From the NCBI RefSeq assembly GCF_000195855.1, contig NC_002677.1, forward strand, positions 2,220,001 through 2,252,000: a stretch of 32,000 nucleotides of DNA. The letters are read 5' to 3'. Position numbers and translations under genes: made by a program. Position 1 is the stretch's first letter, and every line of letters starts with the position of its first letter. Below, in pieces: positions 23,906 to 32,000 of this stretch. Below the pieces are notes generated by a model, which was not told the origin of the DNA, ran no database searches, and worked only from the letters and a program-made list of their open reading frames with translations. Source of the stretch: Mycobacterium leprae TN (GTDB taxonomy: Bacteria > Actinomycetota > Actinomycetes > Mycobacteriales > Mycobacteriaceae).

Positions 23906-25499
23906 GCTTTTCCTACCTCATTCCACTTGAGGCCCGTGTCCGGACCTGGTGCCTCCAGCGCACCGACCTACACCCGACCAACTTGGGCCGATCTAGCGTC
24001 GCGTCGGAGACTGAGCCGCTGTTTACCTGTCGTGGTTCACCGACCCTCCTAACGCTCGGGCATACCACCCGCACGCAGCCTTGCCGCACTCAAATTTCAA
24101 GACCGAAATTAAGTCGCACGTCAAGGATGGGACCGGGCGCGCCCCTGTGTGGGCGCTGGTCGTATGCCCGTCCAGGCGTAAACCTGGCGCAAGGCAACCT
24201 GAACAGTATGCCCTACTTCGCTGTATCGGCCAAATTATTGGGCCACTCGGCGGACGGTGCCGGCCACACCACAAATGAAGATGGGGAAGCTCGTAAGGTG
24301 TTGCTGTACAAATCTCCCAAATAACGAACAGGGCCGGGGCCTGGGTAGCAGACTATAGCCTAGCACCCGCCCACCGAACGGCCGGCGCCTTGACCCTGAG
24401 CTTAGGGCAACAGTTGAAGGTGCTATTCGCTTTCCCTCCGATAACCACGATAATTCGTGCGTCCTTGCCATGATAAGATGGCATTGGCTAAACCTCGATG
24501 CTGGAGCATCGCGCGGTCGGGATATCATCGTCTTCCCAAGCCACCCACTCCGTTTTAGCGGGGTCTATAATAATGCACGGTTCATTAAGCCAAGAACATG
24601 TCGTCGTCAAACTGCGGCACGCAGCCGAACGGAGAACTCCTGGGCGCCAGGTATACAGCCACCTTAATCACAGGACAAACATAGTGGTTGAACAGGGCAA
24701 ATTCGGCCAGGTTGCACTGTTGAACGGCAAACCCAGAATCGGGATGTACAACCTGGGTGAAGCGCTCGCTGGGGCCGCCGACGGGATTGCTGAGATCGCC
24801 AGTCAGCACGAAGGCTAGGTGACTGGGGACTTAACTTGAACCATGAGGGACCGTATTTCGTTTGGTTGGGATCACGGGGCTCTGGAAGTAGCCGAAAACG
24901 ACGGCGCTATCTGCCAATTGGCTGGGTTGTGCGTTAATCAAGTTGTTCAGCAGATTTAACCTCTAGGCAGCGGACTGGCCGAGGCAAGGGGTGCGCCACA
25001 ACTTCTCAGGTACGACCAGTATACTCAATGTAGTGTATCCGGAAAATGGGGGCTCAACATAATAGATTTTCCTGAATAGCTGCCATGTATGTCGGGTCAG
25101 GGTTATAAGGTATCGGTGTTCCACCCATTATGAACGCCATTTGCGGAGTAGACTGGATCCGCCAGCGTAGTCAATGCGGCAATGCTGCTGGAGATCAAGG
25201 ACTGGACTTGCGCGCTGAACACGCCCAGAACATCTGACATCGTGATGGCGACCTCGGCGTTGTGTGTAGGCGCTCCCCGCAGCAGCCGGGTATGTCCCAG
25301 GAGAGCGGCCGACACACCGTAGTGAGCACCTACGCGATAACGTCCATATCGGTGGCAGCCGTCAGCAACGTCTCAGAGGCAGTGAGTTATGTACGACATC
25401 TCCCATCCTGTACAAACCGGATCATTCTGGTCGACCCAGGACGGCGGGTATCGGGTATTGAGATGAGGTTAGAACGCTCTTGCCAAGGCATCTGGCGAT

Positions 25500-26890
25500 C
25501 GCGCATTTTTCAGCGGCGCGATGTTCCAGCATCACAATGGTAGCGTCGGGCACACGACTAGTTAGCGTGGGCAAAATCAACCCGTCAATCACCCCAGAAA
25601 TTCTCGATACCGCGGACCCGACACGATGGTCCATGACAGCCCGCGGGTTACGCTCGGCGCCGATCGGAGCACTGCCACAAAGATGTGGCGATAGAAACTA
25701 TATGCGCTGCCACACTGAATAATGCGCTATCTTAACACAAGACCGCAACATCAGCGGGTTCACGCATTATAGCGGTGTTCAATGCAAGCCGGCACCTGGG
25801 GATCAGGCGAGGCCAGGATAATACACCCTCATACCCACGGCTACATGAATGCCATCTTCCCATGAGGCCAGTCGCGGTGGACAACACTACCGTCACTGGC
25901 CATTGCAACGAAACCAGCTGTATACAGGACATATCTCGATTCCATTAGCGGTGCTTAACACTACCGCTAATACTGGTCGATCCACAGCCAACGCCTAATT
26001 GGTAGACATCACCCAGTTCAGGAGGACGCCGCATTACTTTCCCCACCACCACTGTCACACCGTCAGCACGCTGCATAACCTAATCACCAACGCCCGAAAG
26101 CATCAGCAGATGATCGGAATGAACCGTTCTGGAAAAGAATATGATTCAGTCAGCAACCAGAGCAATCGAGCCATCTAGGCCTACCGGGTTGACAGCTGCC
26201 GCGATTGCGTCGGAGAAAAGCAGCAGCAGTTCCCACTTCTGGGCCAGCAACGTCAGATTAAGTCGCCTCAGCGTGGTTATTAGCATAGATGGCAACGGAA
26301 CTGGTGCACACACCGTCAATAATGTTGAGTGGAACCGCTCCGACAGCTGAAAGCATGTGTAGTCCCCAACATCGTTGAGGTTAACGATGCACAAGAACTC
26401 CACGCACTGGGTAGCCGCTGGAAAAATCTCAATGACGCCTGCTATTTCGCGAGTCAGCTGAACAAGTAGAAAGCCGGTGTTATCTTGGGCGGGGCCATCG
26501 AAATCCAGATCCTTCTCGATAGCTCGGAAGCGGTCGCGGACGTACGAGCACCCCCAGTCGGGTGTCGCGACGGGATCGAAATCGTAAGGCAATTCACGAC
26601 AGAAATAGCCGCCGCTGACCGCGCCAGAACCGCCGACCATGACTCCGCGCACGATGGGCAAGTAACAAGCTGATTTATCGGTGAGTTTAGTCACATAGCA
26701 CTGTACCAGCAGGTTGCTAACATCGATAAGCAACTGCAAGCCGTTGGCGTTCTGAGCCAATAATTGGAAATCGGCGAGCCTAGGACCTACCTCGAGCACG
26801 GTCACCACGTAGTAGAGATCGGAGGAAAGACGTTAGGCAACAATCGATCTAGCACTGCCAGTACCGACGACCAGCACATCGCTATGCGAG
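25500..26890 (-). pseudogene. mftG: Decayed mycofactocin-associated GMC oxidoreductase (mftG / Rv0697-type)
   Basis: N-term SHSDVLVVGTGSARSIVA; the 220-aa ORF 26146..26808 reads VTVLEVGPRLADFQLLAQNANGLQL...VRGVMVGGSGAVSGGYFCRELPYDFDPVATPDW...FRAIEKDLDFDGP...IVNLNDVGDY...LNLTLLAQ. C-term ISGVIDGLILPTLTSRVPDATIVMLEHRAAE near 25500-25600. Confidence 0.85.
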
Positions 26891-26899
26891 ACGGCCGTG

Positions 26900-28185
26900 G
26901 CTAACACGGCGATCTGTGGCTTGAGCACACCAACGTTGCTTTCGCACACCACACCCCACGACAGCCCGATGTCGTAGGCTAGGTAATCGACCCGCTTGAG
27001 CGCCAAATAGTGCAATTCGATACCGAGAACGTGCTGCCAGCAACACCCCGGCCAGTAATGCCAGCAAATGGCCGACGCCAGTTGCAGTGCCGCCGACCAT
27101 AGACAGCGGGTGGCGATCGCAACAATATCGCGCAACGAGTCTCGGCACTGTGCAAGACTCTGGTCATTCGTCGACCCGTCAGGACGGCGATCACCAACGA
27201 CGTTAGCTGCATGATGCTCGTTTTCCTACAGCCATAAGAATCCAGGCCATCGGTGCCCAGCAGGAAATCACCAAAGGAACGGTCTTGTCAGGGTGACGCA
27301 CCGATAGCTCCGCCGTCAAGCCGCCATAGAAGAATACTTTGTGCACAATCTAATCTAGCAATTCGATGTGGTGATCGTGAGCGACCAACGTGATGAGCTC
27401 GTAGCGACAGCCAGGCTGCTGCTTCGATGAGCCTCCGGCACAGGTTGACCTCCTAGCCGTACTACAGCGTCTCATCGAACCCGCCGATCCTGCAAATGGC
27501 CGAGCAACGCAGATGATCGCCATGCTGGGTACATTAGGACATCGTGCTGTGGTGCCACACTGAAGCTTCTCGCTGACCGAGGACCAGTTACGAATACACC
27601 CGCCCTATAACGAGCTACAGCATTCACGCCTTGCAAGAAACCAATTATGCGTGATAAGATCACGGCGATGGTGGGATCGCAGAAGTGACCGAGCAGAACA
27701 TTTCAGTGAACCACGCCATGGCGACACACCGGAATCCATAAACGTGATGAAGTCTGTAGCGCAGAAGGCCAGCCTAGTAGTTGCGCAACACTTCGACGTC
27801 GCAGTGCATACCCACGCAATCCCCCGTCCTAAGTTCCTCCGAAGTAGGGCACAACAAACCGTCTTCCACCAAAACAACGCGTAATCCGCGTAGTGAGCTC
27901 ACCAAGCGCCGCACTCCAGCGGCGTTATCACGCATCGGCTACCATCGCGGTCACGTCACGGTGCGAAGGGCCAGCCGCGGGCCGGGAGATGCGTCACTGT
28001 GGCATCCAGCAGGGCACGTGCCAGGCCTGGGGGCTGCACCCTTCAGCAAGGGCCATCAGACAACATCTCTTAGGCCGCCAGAGCCAACCCGCAGCAGGCG
28101 GATTGGTGATTCCCGAGCAAGGCCCTAACCGTCGCCAAGCATGAACACACAGCGATCGACCTGAACGGGGAATCCGCACGGCAGT
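26900..28185 (-). pseudogene. mftF: Decayed mycofactocin glycosyltransferase (mftF / Rv0696-type)
   Basis: N-term AQLPCGFPVQVDRCVFMLGDG*GLARESPIRLLRV; ITFMDSGVSPWRGSL; TSLVIAVLTGRRMTRVLHSAET; LWSAALQLASAICWHYWP; LALKRVDYLAYDIGLSWGVVCESNVGVLKPQI. Multiple frameshifts. Confidence 0.85.
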
Positions 28186-28720
28186 TGGGCCTGGATCAGG
28201 CCAACATCCCGTCGGACCCAGGAAGCCAGCGGACAACTCAACACACACCAGTCGACCAGCTCCGCGAAGATGCGCTTGCCCTCATCTACAGTAGCGGTGG
28301 TGGGACCCCAGCACCTCCACCGCGACTCCCCCGCAGCGCATGGGCAGGAGCAATTCAGCCAATGGCGCGCCGCTACCAGCTAGCCACCGATCAATCAGCA
28401 CTCCGGCTGGTGAGCTATGCAGCAACACCGATGTAACGGTGCGCCCAGCATGGACATCGCCGCTGGCGGCGGTACACGCGAACCATGCTACGTCAAGGCC
28501 TTTAGCGCGAAGTCTGCCAACGGCACGGTCCAACACACCGACATTATCTACGTGGCCGTTGATGAAGACAGACACTGCGGCCAGCAGCAAATCGAGCTAC
28601 CGTACTCCACCAGCAGCGCAGTCAAGACCTCGCTACCGATGGAGATCGTTCCGGAGAAACTTTGGTGCTCACCGCTTGCACCGTAGGCAAGCTCCGGTGC
28701 CGCCAGCCAGTCTTACTCAA
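28185..28720 (-). pseudogene. mftE: Decayed creatininase-family mycofactocin peptidase (mftE), N-terminal part missing
   Basis: DWLAAPELAYGASGEHQSFSGTIS; VFINGHVDNVGVLDRAVGRLRAKGLDVAWFACTAASGDVHAGRTVTSVLLHSSPA; LLLPMRCGGVAV; GPTTATVDEGKRIFAELVDWCV. Confidence 0.87.
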
Positions 28721-28726
28721 CGTGGG

Positions 28727-29873
28727 TCATGTTCCCGGCCAAAGCCCGGTCGAAACTAGGGTGTCATCGGGGCTGATTTCACCGACGCTGGCTTGCCCCA
28801 GAACCATCAACGCCGAGTCGAGACCGGAGCGCAAAATATCGAGGACGTTTTCGACACCGGTTTGCCAGGCTGTGGCAAGCCCCCACAGGTACGTTCGGCC
28901 GAACATAACCGCCCACGCGCCCAGCGCTACAGCCTCGATAACATCGCTTCCGCGCCGAAGGCCACCGTTAAGCAACACCTCGATTTGGTCGACCACGGCT
29001 GCCGCTACTGCATGAAAGCATGAATAGCGGCAGGCGTTCCGTCCAGATTGCTGCACTATAGTTCTATACCAAATCCCTGAAACAGCAGTCTATACAGCCT
29101 TTTGGCATAGTAAACTCGCATAATGCCCTTAATCATGAATGATCCACCCCACAGTTCCGTAGCCAGGCGGTGTCGTCTCAGGTCGACGGCGGTGCGCTAA
29201 TCCACTCTCCATAGGCGGCAAAGAACGCGGGGCCGGGATCGCCACGTCGGTCCTAGTTCGGTACCCGCAAGTCCGGTGATCGCAGCGTCTTGCCGAACCG
29301 CCATAGCCAACGTGAGCCAACAATCGCCTCTGGCGATAACGTACCGATGGTACGCAGATTCATATGCTCGGTAGAGATCTTCGGGCCGCCCCAATATCGA
29401 CCATGCGAGAACGTCCCGGTCGATGGTGACGATAAAGCCGACCACGCCTGCCTGACACACCCGTTCAACACGCTCTGCGATCGTGTCGCAACCACCGAGC
29501 TAAGACAGGCCTTGGGATTAACGGCAATAACCTCCTCGACCGGATTACTGGTGAACGAGTACGATCCCATCGCGGTTACCTGCGCCGTTACCGCCCGTAC
29601 GACAGCAACCTCGCCGTCTGGATCAACTGCCTGGACACTGATCGGCGAAATGATAACCTACAGCGAAAACATGTTGTTCTATATTGATAGTCAATAAATC
29701 ACACTTTTCCACCATGCCAATGACATAGAAAAACCGAATTCATCGAAAGCTGGGGGATTGTCAGTGACAATTAATTCCTTCTCCCTGACTGAAATCAGGT
29801 AATAGAAAAATTTATGCAAGTACAGCATAGCGCGGTACTGGGCAATAGCAAAGGTGTCCAGCCATTCGTCCAC
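28727..29873 (-). pseudogene. mftD: Decayed FMN-dependent alpha-hydroxy-acid dehydrogenase of the mycofactocin cluster (mftD / lldD1)
   Basis: N-term MDEWLDTFAIAQYRAM...ELIVTDNPPAFDEFGF; SFTSNPVEEVIAVNPK...GTFSHGRYWGGPKIS...MNLRTIGTLSPEAIVGSRWLWRFGKTLRSPDLRVPN; C-term DQIEVLLNGGLRRGSDVIEAVALGAWAVMFGRTYLWGLATAWQTGVENVLDILRSGLDSALMVLGQASVGEISPDDTLVSTG. Confidence 0.92.
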
Positions 29874-29884
29874 TATATGTTACA

Positions 29885-31061
29885 GAGGGCTTTCGCTACA
29901 GAGAAACAAGGCACTAGTTCGCGGACCCATCTCCCATGAGAAAGTTCGTACCGAGGTAGCAGCATGTCACCGGTCGCGAACCAGTGCCTAAGCGCTTCAC
30001 CTTTGGACCTATTCAGGATCTGGTTCATTAATCGGAAAGCCGTTGAAAAACTTGGCCGCCATGCACCCTGACCGACAATTATCGGAATGCCAATAACTAC
30101 CGCAGGAACCCGCGGAGTGCTGCTCACGCAACTCACGAAACAGCTTGGCATTCTTCCACACGTTAACAAAGCCAGTACCAAAACCATAGTAAGACAAAGC
30201 TTTTGCCGTAAGAAAAACGGTCATGGATGACGACCATTGAGGCGTAAACATCACCCACTGGGTCAATGAAACACACCAGCAGGACCGCTACGCACATATT
30301 CAAACCAGCCAAAGCACCCGACTGGCAGAGTGGCGACAGATGAAAGAAGGAACCACCGGAAAGCACCCACTCACTGTTAGCAACCAACCAATCGTAAAGC
30401 TGTATTTGCTAAACAGTGTTGTTGAGGTGCACGTCTTTCCAGACATCGGCGTCACGGCCGGAGGGTCGCAGCCGGGTGATCCGCAAAGTGGCGCCATACC
30501 AGCCTGCCAACGTGGCGAATTCGTCGAGTTCGTCAACATTGTGCCGAGTAACCACCACGGCGGTCTTCGCATCGGAGAAGCCTTCTACGGCAAGTTTTTC
30601 CAATGCACACGTCGCCATGGCGAATGACCCGGCACCGCGGCTGGCGTCGTTGGCCTCGGCGACGGCACAGTCGAGCTAAATTTGAACATCCACATAGCAA
30701 CGGGCTGCCAACCGCACGAAGAATCCGGCTGTGATCCGGACCCCTTTGGTAGAGAACTTCATTTTCTACATGGTACGCGGTCACGTCATGAACCAACTCC
30801 CAAAAAGTCCATGAGTAAGGTAGGTTCACAGCCACTGATGTTGACATAAAACAGCCGCATGCGTTCTCGCTCGTCAATGATGTCCTTGTATGGCAAAGGT
30901 AGACAACTCTCGGAGATCGAGCTCACCTGAAGACGACAAGCAGTGCACGTACGCGAGATTGATGCATACATCATATACCAGGTTAGGCAGATGGGAGCAT
31001 CCAGCCGCTCCTCGAGCTACTCTATCAGAAAGGGAACTCCGGCCTTCATTGGCGCTGTCAT
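29885..31061 (-). pseudogene. mftC: Decayed radical SAM/SPASM mycofactocin maturase (mftC / Rv0693-type)
   Basis: ATG at 31061 with GGAG upstream; MTAPMKAGVPFLIE*LEERLDAPICLTW, LAYVHCLSSSGELDLRELST, KDIIDERERMRLFYVNISGCEPT, AKTAVVVTRHNVDELDEFATLAGWYGATLRITRLRPSGRDADVW, HLSPLCQSGALAGLNMC, FVNVWKNAKLFRELREQHSAGSCGSYWHSDNCRSGCMAAKFFNGFP. Confidence 0.93.
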
Positions 31062-31109
31062 TTGCTCTCCTTGAATTCCTGTTGAGCCACAAGCATGTTG
31101 GCACTTGGC

Positions 31110-31370
31110 CAACTCTTGGAACGCATACCAGTAGGGGGACCTGCCTGGATTCGTCAACCCCGGCAACGAGGCAATTGGATAGGACATCAAAATGGTAGGC
31201 GAGCGATTGCACCACTGCAAGGATGGTAAGATTTTTCAGGAACGATAGTTTGCCGGCGCCAAAGTGGTTACAGCAGAGCACCAAAAAGTTCTCGACGAAT
31301 CGCTAACTGTGGTTGTAACTTCCACCCGAGATTGGGGTCTCACAGCCACTAGTACTACGAGTCTACGTGG
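31110..31370 (-). pseudogene. mftB: Decayed mycofactocin precursor-binding chaperone (mftB)
   Basis: Reverse complement reads DPNLGWKLQPQLAIRRELLVLCCNHFGAGKLSFLKNLTILAVVQSLAYHFDVLSNCLVAGVDESRQVP, matching the MftB pattern (...RPEPFGALLYHFGTR.LSFLKN.TI..VV.SL..H). Confidence 0.85.
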
Positions 31371-31382
31371 GTGCGGGCACCC

Positions 31383-31471
31383 TCAGCAGATATCGCACAT
31401 ACCATCGGTAGACATCTCTTCAACAGGATTTCTGTGACGAGATCTGCGCCAGCATCGGTCTCGTAGTCCAT
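31383..31471 (-). pseudogene. mftA: Decayed mycofactocin precursor peptide (mftA) with one-base deletion
   Basis: ATG at 31471: MDYETDAGADLVTEIL-(frameshift)-VEEMSTDGMCDIC-stop (TGA at 31385-31383). Compare the MftA ending ...LVTETLVEEVSIDGMCGVY. 89 nt against an expected 90 nt. Confidence 0.85.
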
Positions 31472-31586
31472 GCGAATTACTTTTTACCAAAGAGACTGAA
31501 CAACAGGTCGATCTGGTCACAATCGCCGCTGTAATATGGCATAGAATGCCGAAAAGAGTGCGGTTCAGTGCTGCCGTAGTCACGGG

Positions 31587-32000
31587 GTGGGCAAACGACG
31601 TTCGACAACGCCACATCAACATCTCCGACACGGCCTTCAAGTGGTGTTTGCCGCTCGGGATTTTGCCGAAGTGAGCTTCAACGAAATCACGGAGACAGCG
31701 GGCATCGCCCGCTGTCTCCTCTTCTGCCAATATGCGGCCAAAAGCTATCCCCCAGAGACGGCTTCAGCACCCGACTCGCTCAGCTAAAGGGCCTACTCAA
31801 CAACGTTTGATCCGCGTATTCCGCTGGAAGAAGCACTGTGCTCGGCATCGTTGGCCTTCCTTTCAATATCTTCGACGAGTCTGAGACAGTACTGCACCCC
31901 TAGCGCATCCGAATCATCTCCTGCAAACAACGGAACTGCAGACTTACTCGATAACGATGTACGCCGGCTGGCGTTAGATGACCGCCGAGTTTGTCGCAGG
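31587..32000 (+). pseudogene. mftR: Decayed TetR-family regulator of the mycofactocin cluster (mftR), running off the right edge
   Basis: KRRSTTPHQHLRHGLQVVFAARDFAEVSFNEITETAGIARCLLFCQYAAKSYP (TetR helix-turn-helix); then in shifted frames NIFDESETVLHP and TELQTYSITMYAGWR*MTAEFVAG near 31870-32000. Divergent from mftA. Confidence 0.82.

Noticed and set aside
28417-29697. Plus-strand ORFs of 90-139 aa such as 28340..28759, 28662..29015 and 29290..29697
   Set aside because: Antisense to mftE/mftD relics whose minus-strand similarity is strong.
31383-31730. 115-aa minus-strand ORF
   Set aside because: A composite frame: its first two thirds are antisense to the mftR relic and its last 14 residues are the 3' part of mftA. 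It is not a gene in its own right.
24000-32000. Possibility of a novel defence system, phage or mobile element in the long low-coding region
   Set aside because: No transposase, integrase, repeat array, terminal inverted repeats or defence-type domains seen; most of the region resolves into the mycofactocin relics.

Overview
The sequence looks like a Mycobacterium leprae-type reductive-evolution genome; this is my inference from the protein sequences and from the mix of intact core genes and heavily decayed genes. Almost all intact genes are on the minus strand. They are the start of map (methionine aminopeptidase, 1-202), adk, secY, a GNAT-like protein with a GyrA-like N-terminal segment, sppA, an spc-type ribosomal operon (rplN-rplX-rplE-rpsZ-rpsH-rplF-rplR-rpsE-rpmD-rplO, 13179 down to 8980) and an S10-type ribosomal operon (rpsJ-rplC-rplD-rplW-rplB-rpsS-rplV-rpsC-rplP-rpmC-rpsQ, 23905 down to 18349). 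The rest is gene fossils. Between secY and sppA are relics of an S-adenosylmethionine methyltransferase, a xylulokinase-like FGGY kinase, a phosphoglycerate-dehydrogenase-like gene and a fuculose-phosphate-aldolase-like gene. Between the two ribosomal operons are relics of an arylsulfatase (atsA) and its formylglycine-generating enzyme. Upstream of rpsJ (about 25.5-32.0 kb) is the most notable finding: a syntenic but decayed mycofactocin (mft) cluster, mftR(+) and mftA-B-C-D-E-F-G(-). It includes a readable fossil of the precursor peptide mftA (...VEEMSTDGMCDIC-stop) with a one-base frameshift. I found no convincing new biological system, CRISPR array, RNA gene or mobile element.
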